From Eledone cirrhosa (Eukaryota): a stretch of 64,000 nt of DNA. Under the pieces are notes generated by a model. That model searched no databases. It saw only the letters and a program-made list of their open reading frames with translations, and was not told the DNA's origin. Shown piece after piece: positions 41,531-57,600 of this stretch. The first letter of the stretch is position 1. Each line of letters opens with the position of its first letter. The stretch covers positions 22,692,001-22,756,000 of the forward strand of contig OZ024740.1 in the NCBI GenBank assembly GCA_964016885.1. The letters run 5' to 3'. Made by a program: the position numbers and the translations under genes.

Positions 41531-44500
41531 ATAGGTCGTAGATGTAGAGTATAGACGGTCTCCTGCAGTGTATAGGTGGTAGATGTAGAGTATAGACGGT
41601 CAACTACAGTGTATAGGTGGTGGATGTAGAGTATAGACGGTCAACTACAGTGTATAGGTGGTAGATGTAGAGTATAGACGGTCACCTGCAGTGTATAGGT
41701 GGTAGATGAAGAGTATAGACGGTCAACTACAGTGTATAGGTGGTAGATGTAGAGTATAGACGGTCTACTGCAGTGTATATGTGGTAGATGTAGACTATAG
41801 ACGGTCAACTACAGTGTATAGGTGGTAGATGTAGTGTATAGACGGTCAACTGCAGTGTATAGGTGGTAGATGTAGAGTATAGACGGTCAACTACAGTGTA
41901 TAGGTGGTAGATGTAGAGTATAGACGGTCAACTCCAGTGTATAGGTGGTAGATGTAGAGTATAGACGGTCACCTGCAGTGTATAGGTGGTAGATGTAGAG
42001 TATAGACGGTCAACTACAGTGTATAGGTGTTAGATGTAGAGTATAGACGGTCAACTACAGTGTATAGGTGGTAGATGTAGAGTATAGACGGTCACCTGCA
42101 GTGTATAGGTGGTAGATGTAGAGTATAGACGGTCAACTGCAGTGTATAGGTGGTAGAAGTAGTGTATAGACGGTCAACTACAGTGTATATGTGGTAGATG
42201 TAGAATATAGACGGTCTCCTGCAGTGTATAGGTGGTAGATGTAGAGTATAGACGGTCAACTACAGTGTATAGGTGGTAGATGTAGTGTATAGACGGTCAA
42301 CTGCCGTGTATAGGTGGTAGATGTAGAGTATAGACGGTCAACTACAGTGTATAGGTGGCAGATGTAGAGTATAGACGGTCACCTGCAGTGTATAGGTGGT
42401 AGATGTAGAGTAAAGACGGTCAACTACAGTGTATAGGTGGTAGATGTACAGTATAGACGGTCACCTGCAGTGTATAGGTGGTAGATGTAGAGTATTGACG
42501 GTCAACTACAGTGTATAGGTGGTAGATGTAGAGTATAGACGGTCACCTGCAGTGTATAGGTGGTAGATGTAGTGTATAGACGGTCAACTACAGTGTATAG
42601 GTGGTAGATGTAGTGTATAGACGGTCAACTGCAGTGTATAGGTGGTAGATGTAGAGTATAGACCGTCAACTACAGTGTATAGGTGGTAGATGTAGAGTAT
42701 AGACGGTCACCTGCAGTGTATAGGTGGTAGATGTAGAGTTTAGACGGTCACCTGCAGTGTATAGGTGGTAGATGTAGAGTATAGACGGTCACCTGCAGTG
42801 TATAGGTGGTAGATGTAGAGTATAGACGGTCAACTACAGTGTATAGGTGGTAGATGTAGAGTATAGACGGTCACCTGCAGTGTATAGGTGGTAGATGTAG
42901 AGTATAGACGGTCAACTACAGTGTATAGGTGTTAGATGTAGAGTATAGACAGTCAACTACAGTGTATAGGTGGTAGATGTAGAGTATAGACGGTCACCTG
43001 CAGTGTATAGGTGGTAGATGTAGAGTATAGACGGTCAACTGCAGTGTATAGGTGGTACATGTAGTGTATAGACGGTCACCCGCAGTGTATAGTTGGTAGA
43101 TGTAGAGTATAGACGCTCACCTGCAGTGTATAGGTGGTAGATGTAGAGTATAGACGGTCTCCTGCAGTGTATAGGTGGTAGATGTAGAGTATAGACGGTC
43201 AACTACAGTGTATAGGCGGTAGATGTAGAGTATAGATGGTCAACTACAGTGTATAGGCGGTAGATGTAGAGTATAGAGGGTCAACTACAGTGTATAGGTG
43301 GTAGATGTGGAGTATAGACGGTCAACTACAGTGTATAGGTGGTAGATGTACTGTATAGACGGTAAATATCAGTGTATAGGCGGTAGATGTAGAGTATAGA
43401 CGGTAAATTGCAGTGTATAGGTGGTAGATGTAGAGTATAGACGGTCAACTACAGTGTATAGGTGGTAGATGTAGAGTATAGACGGTCACCTGCAGTGTAT
43501 AGTTGGTAGATGTAGAGTATAGATGGTCATCTGCAGTGTATAGGTGGTAGATGTAGAGTATAGACGGTCACCTGCAGTGTATAGGTGGTAGATGTAGAGT
43601 ATAGACGGTCAACTGCAGTGTATATGTGGTAGATGTAGAGTATAGATAGTCATCTGCAGAGTATAGGTGGTAGATGTAGAGTATAGACGGTCACCTGCAG
43701 TGTATAGGTGGTAGATATAGAGTATAGACGGTCACCTGCAGTGTATAGGTTGTACATGTAGAATATAGATGGTCACCTGCAGTGTATAGGTGGTAGATGT
43801 AGTGTATAGACGGTCAACTGCAGTGTATAGGTGGTAGATGTAGAGTATAGACGGTCAACTACAGTGTATAGGTGGTAGATGTAGAGTATAGACGGTAAAT
43901 TGCAGTGTATAGGTGGTAGATGTAGTGTATAGACGGTCAACTACAGTGTATAGGTGGTAGATGTAGAGTATAGATGGTCACCTGCAGTGTATAGGTGGTA
44001 GATGTAGTGTATAGACGGTCAACTGCATTGTATAGGTGGTAGATGTAGAGTATAGACGGTCAACTACAGTGTATAGGTGGTAGATGTAGAGTATAGACGG
44101 TAAATTGCAGTGTATAGGTGGTAGATGTAGTGTATAGACGGTCAACTACAGTGTATAGGTGGTAGATGTAGAGTATAGATGGTCACCTGCAGTGTATAGG
44201 TGGTAGATGTAGAGTATAGACGGTCAACTGCAGTGTATAGGTGGAAGATGTAGTGTATAGACGGTTAACTACAGTGTATAGGTGGTAGATGTAGAGTATA
44301 GATGGTCACCTGCAGTGTATAGGTGGTAGATGTAGAGTATAGACGGTCAACTGCAGTGTATAGGTGGTAGATGTAGTGTATAGACGGTCAACTACAGTGT
44401 ACAGGTGGTAGATGTAGTGTATAGACGGTCAACTGCAGTGTATAGGTGGCAGATGTAGAGTATAGACGGTAAATTGCAGTGTATAGGTCGTAGATGTAGT

Positions 44501-45239
44501 GTATAGACGGTCAACAACAGTGTATAGGTGGTAGATGTAGTGTATAGACGGTCAACTGCAGTGTATAGGTGGTAGATGTAGAGTATAGACGGTCAACTAC
44601 AGTGTATAGGTGGTAGATGTAGAGTATAGACGGTCAACTACAGTGTATAGGTGGTAAATGTAGAGTATAGACGGTCAACTGCAGTGTATAGGCGGTAGAT
44701 GTAGAGTATAGACGGTCACCTGCAGTGTATGGGTGGTAGATGTAGAGTATAGACGGTCTCCTGCAGTGTATAGCTGGTAGATGTAGAGTATAGACTGTCA
44801 ACTACAGTGTATAGGTGGTAGATGTAGAGTATAGACTGTCAACTACAGTGTATAGGTGGTAGATGTAGTGTATAGACGGTCAACTGCAGTGTATAGGCGG
44901 TAAATGTAGAGTATAGACGGTCAACTGCAGTGTATAGGTGGTAGATGTAGAGTATAGACGGTCTCCTGCAGTGTATAGGTGGTAGATGTAGAGTATAGAC
45001 TGTCAACTACAGTGTATAGGTGGTAGATGTAGAGTATAGACTGTCAACTACAGTGTATAGGTGGTAGATGTAGTGTATAGACGGTCAACTGCAGTGTATA
45101 GGCGGTAGATGTAGAGTATAGACGGTCAACTACAGTGTATAGTTGGTAGATGTAGAGTATAGACGGTCTCCTGAAGTGTATAGGTGGTAGATGTAGAGTA
45201 TAGACGGTCAACTACAGTGTATAGGTGGTAGATGTAGAG

Positions 45240-48200
45240 TATAGACTGTCAACTACAATGTACAGGTGGTAGATGTAGCGTATAGACGGTCAACTGCAGT
45301 GTATAGGTGGTAGATGTAGAGTATAGATTGTCAACTACAGTGTATAGGTGGTAGATGTAGAGCATAGACGGTAAACTGCAGTGTATACGCGGTAGATGTA
45401 AAGTATAGATGGTCACCTGCAGTGTATAGGTGGTAGATGTAGAGTATAGACGGTCAACTGCAGTGTATAGGTGGTAGCTGTAGAGTATAGACGGTCAACT
45501 ACAGTGTATAGGTGGTAGATGTAGAGTATAGACGGTCAACTGCAGTGTATAGGTGGTAGATGTAGAGTATAGACGGTCAACTACAGTGTATAGGTGGTAG
45601 ATGTAGAGTATAGACGGTCAACTGAAATATATAGGTGGTAGATGTAGAGTATAGACGGTCAACTATAGTGTATAGGTGGTAGATGTAGAGGATAGACGGT
45701 CAACTACAGTGTATAGGTGGTAGATGTAGAGTATAGACGGTCAGCTATAGTGTATATGTGGTAGATGTAGAGTATAGACTGTCAACTACAGTGTATAGGT
45801 GGTAGATGTAGTGTATAGACGGTCAACTAAAGTGTATAGGTGGTAGATGTAGAGTATAGACGGTCAACTGCATTGTATAGGTGGTAGATGTAGAGTTTAG
45901 ACGGTCACCTGCAGTGTATATGTGGTAGATGTAGAGTATAGGCAGTCAACTACAGTGTATAGCTGGTAGATGTAGAGTTTAGACGGTCACCTGCAGTGTA
46001 TAGGTGGTAGATGTAGAGTATAGACGGTCAACTGCAGTGTATAGGTGGTAGATGTAGAGTATAGACGGTCAACTGCAGTGCATAGGTGGTAGATGTAGAG
46101 TATAGACGGTCAACTACAGTGTATAGGTGGTAGATGTAGAGTATAGAGGGTCAACTGCAGTGTATAGGTGGTAGTTGTAGAGTATAGACGGTCAACTGCA
46201 GTGAATAGTTGGTAGATGTAGTGTATAGACGGTCAATGCAGTCTATTGGTGGTAGATGTAGAGTATAGACTGTCAACTGCAATATATAGGTGATAAATGT
46301 AGTGTATAGGCAGTCAACTACAGTGTATAGGTGGTAGATGTAGAGTATAGACGGTCAACTACAGTGTATAGGTGATAGATGTAGAGTATAGACAGTCAAC
46401 TACAGTGTATAGCTGGTAGATGTAGAGTTTAGACGGTCACCTGCAGTGTATAGGTGGTAGATGTAGTGTATAGACGATCAACTACAGCGTATAGGTGGTA
46501 GATGTAGAGTATAGACGGTAAATTGCAGTGTATAGGTGGTAGATGTAGAGTATAGACGGTCACCTGCAGTGTATAGGCGGTAGATGTAGAGTATAGACGG
46601 TCACCTGCAGTGTATAGGCGGTAGATGTGGAGTATAGACGGTCAACTACAGTGTATAGGTGGTAGATGTAGAGTATTGACGGTCAGCTGCAGTGTATAGG
46701 CGGTAGATTTAGAGTATAGACGGTCAACAACAGTGTATAGGTGGTAGATGTAGTGTATAGACGGTCAACTGCAGTGTATAGGCGGTAGATGTAGAGTATA
46801 GACGGTCAACTACAGTGTATAGGTGGTAGATGTAGAGTATAGACGGTCAACTACAGTGTATAGGTGGTAAATGTAGAGTATAGACGGTCAACTGCAGTGT
46901 ATAGGCGGTAGATGTAGAGTATAGACGGTCACCTGCAGTGTATGGGTGGTAGATGTAGAGTATAGACGGTCTCCTGCAGTGTATAGCTGGTAGATGTAGA
47001 GTATAGACTGTCAACTACAGTGTATAGGTGGTAGATGTAGAGTATAGACTGTCAACTACAGTGTATAGGTGGTAGATGTAGTGTATAGACGGTCAACTGC
47101 AGTGTATAGGCGGTAGATGTAGAGTATAGACGGTCAACTACAGTGTATATTTGGTAGATGTAGAGTATAGATGGTCTCCTGAAGTGTATAGGTGGTAGAT
47201 GTAGAGTATAGACGGTCAACTACAGTGTATATGTGGTAGATGTAGAGTATAGACTGTCAACTACAATGTACAGGTGGTAGATGTAGAGTATAGACGGTCA
47301 ACTATAGTGTATAGGTGGTAGATGTAGAGTATAGACGGTCAACTACAGTGTATAGGTGGTAGATGTAGAGTATAGACGGTCAGCTATAGTGTATCTGTGG
47401 TAGATGTAGAGTATAGACTGTCAACTACAGTGTATATGTGGCAGATGTAGTGTATAGACGGTCAACTACAGTGTATAGGTGGTAGATGTAGAGTATAGAC
47501 TGTCAACTACAATGTACAGGTGGTAGATGTAGCGTATAGACGGTCAACTGCAGTGTATAGGTGGTAGATGTAGAGTATAGATTGTCAACTACAGTGTATA
47601 GGTGGTAGATGTAGAGCATAGACGGTAAACTGCAGTGTATACGCGGTAGATGTAAAGTATAGATGGTCACCTGCAGTGTATAGGTGGTAGATGTAGAGTA
47701 TAGACGGTCAACTGCAGTGTATAGGTGGTAGTTGTAGAGTATAGACGGTCAACTACAGTGTATAGGTGGTAGATGTAGAGTATAGACGGTCAACTGCAGT
47801 GTATAGGTGGTAGATGTAGAGTATAGACGGTCAACTACAGTGTATAGGTGGTAGATGTAGAGTATAGACGGTCAACTGAAATATATAGGTGGTAGATGTA
47901 GAGTAAAGACGGTCAACTATAGTGTATAGGTGGTAGATGTAGAGTATAGACGGTCAACTACAGTGTATAGGTTGTAGATGTAGAGTATAGACGGTCAGCT
48001 ATAGTGTATATGTGGTAGATGTAGAGTATAGACTGTCAACTACAGTGTATAGGTGGTAGATGTAGTGTATAGACGGTCAACTAAAGTGTATAGGTGGTAG
48101 ATGTAGAGTATAGACGGTCAACTGCATTGTATAGGTGGTAGATGTAGAGTTTAGACGGTCACCTGCAGTGTATATGTGGTAGATGTAGAGTATAGGCAGT

Positions 48201-49000
48201 CAACTACAGTGTATAGCTGGTAGATGTAGAGTTTAGACGGTCACCTGCAGTGTATAGGTGGTAGATGTAGAGTATAGACGGTCAACTGCAGTGTATAGGT
48301 GGTAGATGTAGAGTATAGACGGTCAACTGCAGTGCATAGGTGGTAGATGTAGAGTATAGACGGTCAACTACAGTGTATAGGTGGTAGATGTAGAGTATAG
48401 AGGGTCAACTGCAGTGTATAGGTGGTAGTTGTAGAGTATAGACGGTCAACTGCAGTGAATAGTTGGTAGATGTAGTGTATAGACGGTCAATGCAGTCTAT
48501 TGGTGGTAGATGTAGAGTATAGACTGTCAACTGCAATATATAGGTGATAAATGTAGTGTATAGGCAGTCAACTACAGTGTATAGGTGGTAGATGTAGAGT
48601 ATAGACGGTCAACTACAGTGTATAGGTGATAGATGTAGAGTATAGACAGTCAACTACAGTGTATAGCTGGTAGATGTAGAGTTTAGACGGTCACCTGCAG
48701 TGTATAGGTGGTAGATGTAGTGTATAGACGATCAACTACAGCGTATAGGTGGTAGATGTAGAGTATAGACGGTAAATTGCAGTGTATAGGTGGTAGATGT
48801 AGAGTATAGACGGTCACCTGCAGTGTATAGGCGGTAGATGTAGAGTATAGAATGTCACCTGCAGTGTATAGGCGGTAGATGTGGAGTATAGACGGTCAAC
48901 TACAGTGTATAGGTGGTAGATGTAGAGTATTGACGGTCAGCTGCAGTGTATAGGCGGTAGATTTAGAGTATAGACGGTCAACAACAGTGTATAGGTGGTA
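45240..49000. repeat. Partial higher-order duplication, offset 2254 bp (55 monomers minus 1 bp)
   Basis: CAATGTACAGG..GTAGCG occurs at 45256/47510. The private variants TATACGCGG and CAACTAAAG occur in both copies. Boundaries are approximate. Confidence 0.8.
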
Positions 49001-51699
49001 GATGTAGAGTATAGACGGTCAACTGCAGTGTATAGGTGGTAGTTGTAGAGTATAGACGGTCAACTGCAGTGTATAGATGGAAGATGTAATGTATAGACGG
49101 TCAATGCAGTCTATTGGTGGTAGATGTAGAGTATAGACTGTCAACTGCAATATATAGGTGATAGATGTAGTGTATAGACAGTCAACTACAGTGTATAGGT
49201 GGTAGATGTAGAGTATAGAAGGTCAACTACAGTGTATAGGTGGTAGATGTAGTGTATAGACAGTCAACTACAGTGTATAGGCGGTAGATGTAGAGTATAG
49301 ACGGTCAACTACAGTGTATAGGTGGTAGATGTAGAGTATAGACGGTCTCCTGCAGTGTATAGGTGGTAGATGTAGAGTATAGACGGTCAACTACAGTGTA
49401 TAGGTGGTAGATGTAGTGTATAGACGGTCAACTACAGTGTATAGGTGGTGGATGTAGAGTATAGACGGTCAACTACAGTGTATAGGTGGTAGATGTAGAG
49501 TATAGACGGTCACCTGCAGTGTATAGGTGGTAGATGTAGAGTATAGACGGTCAACTACAGTGTATAGGTGGTAGATGTAGAGTATAGACGGTCTACTGCA
49601 GTGTATAGGTGGTAGATGTAGACTATAGACGGTCAACTACAGTGTATAGGTGGTAGATGTAGTGTATAGACGGTCAACTGCAGTGTATAGGTGGTAGATG
49701 TAGAGTATAGACGGTCAACTACAGTGTATAGGTGGTAGATGTAGAGTATAGACGGTCAACTCCAGTGTATAGGTGGTAGATGTAGAGTATAGACGGTCAA
49801 CTGCAGTGCATAGGTGGTAGATGTAGAGTATAGACGGTCAACTACAGTGTATAGGTGGTAGATGTAGAGTATAGACGGTCAACTGCAGTGTATAGGTGGT
49901 AGTTGTAGAGTATAGACGGTCAACTGCAGTGTATAGTTGGTAGATGTAATGTATAGACGGTCAATGCAGTCTATTGGTGGTAGATGTAGAGTATAGACTG
50001 TCAACTGCAATATATAGGTGATAGATGTAGTGTATAGACAGTCAACTACAGTGTATAGGTGGTAGATGTAGAGTATAGAAGGTCAACTACAGTGTATAGG
50101 TGGTAGATGTAGTGTATAGACTGTCAACTACAGTGTATAGGTGGTAGATGTAGAGTATAGACTGTCAACTACAGTGTATAGGTGGTAGATGTAGTGTATA
50201 GACGGTCAACTGCAGTGTATAGGCGGTAGATGTAGAGTATAGACGGTCAACTACAGTGTATAGTTGGTAGATGTAGAGTATAGACGGTCTCCTGAAGTGT
50301 ATAGGTGGTAGATGTAGAGTATAGACGGTCAACTACAGTGTATAGGTGGTAGATGTAGAGTATAGACTGTCAACTACAATGTACAGGTGGTAGATGTAGA
50401 GTATAGACGGTCAACTGCAGTGTATAGGTGGTTGATGTAGAGTATAGATTGTCAACTACAGTGTATAGGTGGTAGATGTAGAGCATAGACGGTAAACTGC
50501 AGTGTATAGGCGGTAGATGTAAAGTATAGATGGTCACCTGCAGTGTATAGGTGGTAGATGTAGAGTATAGACGGTCAACTGCAGTGTATAGGTGGTAGTT
50601 GTAGAGTATAGACGGTCAACTACAGTTTATAGGTGGTAGATGTAGAGTATAGACGGTCAACTGCAGTGTATAGGTGGTAGATGTAGAGTATAGACGGTCA
50701 ACTACAGTGTATAGGTGGTAGATGTAGAGTATAGACGGTCAACTGCAGTGCATAGGTGGTAGATGTAGAGTATAGACGGTCAACTATAGTGTATAGGTGG
50801 TAGATGTAGAGTATAGACGGTCAACTACAGTGTATAGGTGGTAGATGTAGAGTATAGACGGTCAGCTATAGTGTATATGTGGTAGATGTAGAGTATAGAC
50901 TGTCAACTATAGTGTATAGGTGGTAGATGTAGTGTATAGACGGTCAACTACAGTGTATAGGTGGTAGATGTAGAGTATAGACGGTCAACTGCAGTGTATA
51001 GGTGGTAGATGTAGAGTTTAGATGGTCACCTGCAGTGTATAGGTGGTAGATGTAGAGTATAGGCAGTCAACTACAGTGTATAGCTGGTAGATGTAGAGTT
51101 TAGACGGTCACCTGCAGTGTATAGGTGGTAGATGTAGAGTATAGACGGTCAACTGCAGTGTATAGGTGGTAGATGTAGAGTATAGACGGTCAACTGCAGT
51201 GCATAGGTGGTAGATGTAGAGTATAGACGGTCAACTACAGTGTATAGGTGGTAGATGTAGAGTATAGACGGTCAACTGCAGTGTATAGGTGGTAGTTGTA
51301 GAGTATAGACGGTCAACTGCAGTGAATAGTTGGTAGATGTAGTGTATAGACGGTCAATGCAGTCTATTGGTGGTAGATGTAGAGTATAGACTGTCAACTG
51401 CAATATATAAGTGATAAATGTAGTGTATAGGCAGTCAACTACAGTGTATAGGTGGTAGATGTAGAGTATAGACGGTCAACTACAGTGTATAGGTGATAGA
51501 TGTAGAGTATAGACAGTCAACTACAGTGTATAGCTGGTAGATGTAGAGTTTAGACGGTCACCTGCAGTGTATAGGTGGTAGATGTAGTGTATAGACGATC
51601 AACTACAGCGTATAGGTGGTAGATGTAGAGTATAGACGGTAAATTGCAGTGTATAGGTGGTAGATGTAGAGTATAGACGGTCACCTGCAGTGTATAGGT

Positions 51700-54600
51700 G
51701 GTAGATGTAGAGTATAGACGGTCAACTACAGTGTATAGGTGGTAGATGTAGAGTATAGACGGTCAACTACAGTGTATAGGTGGTAGATGTAGAGTATAGA
51801 CGGTCAACTACAGTGTATAGGTGGTAGATGTAGAGTATAGACGGTCAACTACAGTGTATAGGTGGTAGATGTAGTGTATAGACGGTCACCTGCAGTGTAT
51901 AGGTGGTAGATGTAGAGTATAGACGGTCAACTACAGTGTATAAGTGGTAGATGTAGAGTATAGACGGTCACCTGCAGTGTATAGGTGGTAGATGTAGAGT
52001 ATAGACGGTCAACTACAGTGTATAGGTGTTAGATGTAGAGTATAGACAGTCAACTACAGTGTATAGGTGGTAGATGTAGAGTATAGACGGTCACCTGCAG
52101 TGTATATGTTGTAGATGTAGAGTATAGACGGTCAACTGCAGTGTATAGGTGGTACATGTAGTGTATAGACGGTCACCCGCAGTGTATAGTTGGTAGATGT
52201 AGAGTATAGACGCTCACCTGCAGTGTATAGGTGGTAGATGTAGAGTATAGACGGTCTCCTGCAGTGTATAGGTGGTAGATGTAGAGTATAGACGGTCAAC
52301 TACAGTGTATAGGCGGTAGATGTAGAGTATAGATGGTCAACTACAGTGTATAGGCGGTAGATGTAGAGTATAGACGGTCAACTACAGTGTATAGGTGGTA
52401 GATGTAGAGTATAGACGGTCAACTACAGTGTATAGGTGGTAGATGTAGAGTATAGACGGTCAACTACAGTGTATAGGTGGTAGATGTAGAGTATAGACGG
52501 TCAACTACAGTGTATAGGTGGTAGATGTAGAGTATAGACGGTCAACTACAGTGTATAGGCGTTAGATGTAGAGTATAGACGTTCAACTACAGTGTATAGG
52601 TGGTAGATGTAGAGTATAGACGGTAAATTGCAGTGTATAGGTGGTAGATGTAGTGTATAGATGGTCACCTTCAGTGTATAGGTGGTAGATGTAGAGTATA
52701 GACGGTCAACTACAGTGTATAGGTGGTAGATGTACTGTATAGACGGTAAATTGCAGTGTATAGGTGGTAGATGTAGAGTATAGACGGTCAACTACAGTGT
52801 ATAGGTGGTAGATGTAGAGTATAGACGGTCACCTGCAGTGTATAGTTGGTAGAGGTAGAGTATAGATGGTCATCTGCAGTGTATAGGTGGTAGATGTAGA
52901 GTATAGACGGTCACCTGCAGTGTATAGGTGGTAGATGTAGAGTATAGACGGTCAACTGCAGTGTATAGGTGGTAGATGTAGAGTATAGATAGTCATCTGC
53001 AGAGTATAGGTGGTAGATGTAGAGTATAGACGGTCACCTGCAGTGTATAGGTGGTAGATATAGAGTATAGACGGTCACCTGCAGTGTATATGTGGTACAT
53101 GTAGAATATAGATGGTCACCTGCAGTGTATAGGTGGTAGATGTAGTGTATAGACGGTCAACTGCAGTGTATAGGTGGTAGATGTAGAGTATAGACGGTCA
53201 ACTACAGTGTATAGGTGGTAGATGTAGAGTATAGACGGTAAATTGCAGTGTATAGGTGGTAGATGTAGTGTATAGACGGTCAACTACAGTGTATAGGTGG
53301 TAGATGTAGAGTATAGATGGTGACCTGCAGTGTATAGGTGGTAGATGTAGAGTATAGACGGTCAACTGCAGTGTATAGGTGGAAGATGTAGTGTATAGAC
53401 GGTCAACTACAGTGTATAGGTGGTAGATGTAGAGTATAGACGGTCAACTGCAGTGTATAGGTGGTAGATGTAGTGTATAGACAGTCACCTGCAGTGTATA
53501 GGTGGTAGATGTAGAGTATAGACGGTCAACTACAGTGTATAGGTGGTAGATGTAGAGTATAGACGGTCACCTGCAGTGTATAGGTGGTAGATGTAGAGTA
53601 TAGACGGTCAACTACAGTGTATAGGTGGTAGATGTAGAGTATAGACGGTCAACTACAGTGTATAGGTGGTAGATGTAGAGTATAGACGGTCAACTACAGT
53701 GTATAGGTGGTAGATGTAGAGTATAGACGGTCAACTACAGTGTATAGGTGGTAGATGTAGTGTATAGACGGTCACCTGCAGTGTATAGGTGGTAGATGTA
53801 GAGTATAGACGGTCAACTACAGTGTATAAGTGGTAGATGTAGAGTATAGACGGTCACCTGCAGTGTATAGGTGGTAGATGTAGAGTATAGACGGTCAACT
53901 ACAGTGTATAGGTGTTAGATGTAGAGTATAGACAGTCAACTACAGTGTATAGGTGGTAGATGTAGAGTATAGACGGTCACCTGCAGTGTATATGTTGTAG
54001 ATGTAGAGTATAGACGGTCAACTGCAGTGTATAGGTGGTACATGTAGTGTATAGACGGTCACCCGCAGTGTATAGTTGGTAGATGTAGAGTATAGACGCT
54101 CACCTGCAGTGTATAGGTGGTAGATGTAGAGTATAGACGGTCTCCTGCAGTGTATAGGTGGTAGATGTAGAGTATAGACGGTCAACTACAGTGTATAGGC
54201 GGTAGATGTAGAGTATAGATGGTCAACTACAGTGTATAGGCGGTAGATGTAGAGTATAGACGGTCAACTACAGTGTATAGGTGGTAGATGTAGAGTATAG
54301 ACGGTCAACTACAGTGTATAGGTGGTAGATGTAGAGTATAGACGGTCAACTACAGTGTATAGGTGGTAGATGTAGAGTATAGACGGTCAACTACAGTGTA
54401 TAGGTGGTAGATGTAGAGTATAGACGGTCAACTACAGTGTATAGGCGGTAGATGTAGAGTATAGACGTTCAACTACAGTGTATAGGTGGTAGATGTAGAG
54501 TATAGACGGTAAATTGCAGTGTATAGGTGGTAGATGTAGTGTATAGATGGTCACCTTCAGTGTATAGGTGGTAGATGTAGAGTATAGACGGTCAACTACA

Positions 54601-57600
54601 GTGTATAGGTGGTAGATGTACTGTATAGACGGTAAATATCAGTGTATAGGCGGTAGATGTAGAGTATAGACGGTAAATTGCAGTGTATAGGTGGTAGATG
54701 TAGAGTATAGACGGTCAACTACAGTGTATAGGTGGTAGATGTAGAGTATAGACGGTCACCTGCAGTGTATAGTTGGTAGATGTAGAGTATAGATGGTCAT
54801 CTGCAGTGTATAGGTGGTAGATGTAGAGTATAGACGGTCACCTGCAGTGTATAGGTGGTAGATGTAGAGTATAGACGGTCAACTGCAGTGTATAGGTGGT
54901 AGATGTAGAGTATAGATAGTCATCTGCAGAGTATAGGTGGTAGATGTAGAGTATAGACGGTCACCTGCAGTGTATAGGTGGTAGATATAGAGTATAGACG
55001 GTCACCTGCAGTGTATAGGTGGTACATGTAGAATATAGATGGTCACCTGCAGTGTATAGGTGGTAGATGTAGTGTATAGACGGTCAACTGCAGTGTATAG
55101 GTGGTAGATGTAGAGTATAGACGGTCAACTACAGTGTATAGGTGGTAGATGTAGAGTATAGACGGTAAATTGCAGTGTATAGGTGGTAGATGTAGTGTAT
55201 AGACGGTCAACTACAGTGTATAGGTGGTAGATGTAGAGTATAGATGGTGACCTGCAGTGTATAGGTGGTAGATGTAGAGTATAGACGGTCAACTGCAGTG
55301 TATAGGTGGAAGATGTAGTGTATAGACGGTCAACTACAGTGTATAGGTGGTAGATGTAGAGTATAGACGGTCAACTGCAGTGTATAGGTGGTAGATGTAG
55401 TGTATAGACAGTCACCTGCAGTGTATAGGTGGTAGATGTAGAGTATAGACGGTCAACTACAGTGTATAAGTGGTAGATGTAGAGTATAGACGGTCACCTG
55501 CAGTGTATAGGTGGTAGATGTAGAGTATAGACGGTCAACTACAGTGTATAGGTGGTAGATGTAGAGTATAGACGGTCACCTGCAGTGTATAGGTGGTAGA
55601 TGTAGAGTATAGACGGTCACCTGCAGTGTATAGGTGGTAGATGTAGAGTATAGACGGTCAACTACAGTGTATAGGTGTTAGATGTAGAGTATAGACGGTC
55701 AACTACAGTGTGTAGGTGGTAGATGTAGAGTATAGACGGTCACCTGCAGTGTATAGGTGGTAGATGTAGAGTATAGACGGTCAACTGCAGTGTATAGGTG
55801 GTACATGTAGTGTACAGACGGTCACCCGCAGTGTATAGTTGGTAGATGTAGAGTATAGACGCTCACCTGCAGTGTATAGGTGGTAGATGTAGAGTATAGA
55901 CGGTCTCCTGCAGTGTATAGGTGGTAGATGTAGAGTATAGACGGTCAACTACAGTGTATAGGCGGTAGATGTAGAGTATAGATGGTCAACTACAGTGTAT
56001 AGGCGGTAGATGTAGAGTATAGACGGTCAACTACAGTGTATAGGTGGTAGATGTAGAGTATAGACGGTCAACTACAGTGTATAGGTGGTAGATGTAGAGT
56101 ATAGACGGTCAACTACAGTGTATAGGTGGTAGATGTAGAGTATAGACGGTCAACTACAGTGTATAGGTGGTAGATGTAGAGTATAGACGGTCAACTACAG
56201 TGTATAGGCGGTAGATGTAGAGTATAGACGTTCAACTACAGTGTATAGGTGGTAGATGTAGAGTATAGACGGTAAATTGCAGTGTATAGGTGGTAGATGT
56301 AGTGTATAGATGGTCACCTTCAGTGTATAGGTGGTAGATGTAGAGTATAGACGGTCAACTACAGTGTATAGGCGGTAGATGTAGAGTATAGATGGTCAAC
56401 TACAGTGTATAGGCGGTAGATGTAGAGTATAGACGGTCAACTACAGTGTATAGGTGGTAGATGTAGAGTATAGACGGTCAACTACAGTGTATAGGTGGTA
56501 GATGTAGAGTATAGACGGTCAACTACAGTGTATAGGTGGTAGATGTAGAGTATAGACGGTCAACTACAGTGTATAGGTGGTAGATGTAGAGTATAGACGG
56601 TCAACTACAGTGTATAGGCGGTAGATGTAGAGTATAGACGTTCAACTACAGTGTATAGGTGGTAGATGTAGAGTATAGACGGTAAATTGCAGTGTATAGG
56701 TGGTAGATGTAGTGTATAGATGGTCACCTTCAGTGTATAGGTGGTAGATGTAGAGTATAGACGGTCAACTACAGTGTATAGGTGGTAGATGTACTGTATA
56801 GACGGTAAATATCAGTGTATAGGCGGTAGATGTAGAGTATAGACGGTAAATTGCAGTGTATAGGTGGTAGATGTAGAGTATAGACGGTCAACTACAGTGT
56901 ATAGGTGGTAGATGTAGAGTATAGACGGTCACCTGCAGTGTATAGTTGGTAGATGTAGAGTATAGATGGTCATCTGCAGTGTATAGGTGGTAGATGTAGA
57001 GTATAGACGGTCACCTGCAGTGTATAGGTGGTAGATGTAGAGTATAGACGGTCAACTGCAGTGTATAGGTGGTAGATGTAGAGTATAGATAGTCATCTGC
57101 AGAGTATAGGTGGTAGATGTAGAGTATAGACGGTCACCTGCAGTGTATAGGTGGTAGATATAGAGTATAGACGGTCACCTGCAGTGTATAGGTGGTACAT
57201 GTAGAATATAGATGGTCACCTGCAGTGTATAGGTGGTAGATGTAGTGTATAGACGGTCAACTGCAGTGTATAGGTGGTAGATGTAGAGTATAGACGGTCA
57301 ACTACAGTGTATAGGTGGTAGATGTAGAGTATAGACGGTAAATTGCAGTGTATAGGTGGTAGATGTAGTGTATAGACGGTCAACTACAGTGTATAGGTGG
57401 TAGATGTAGAGTATAGATGGTGACCTGCAGTGTATAGGTGGTAGATGTAGAGTATAGACGGTCAACTGCAGTGTATAGGTGGAAGATGTAGTGTATAGAC
57501 GGTCAACTACAGTGTATAGGTGGTAGATGTAGAGTATAGACGGTCAACTGCAGTGTATAGGTGGTAGATGTAGTGTATAGACAGTCACCTGCAGTGTATA

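Noticed and set aside
52546-52791. 81-aa minus-strand ORF
   Set aside because: Same satellite-translation artefact as 13192-13482.
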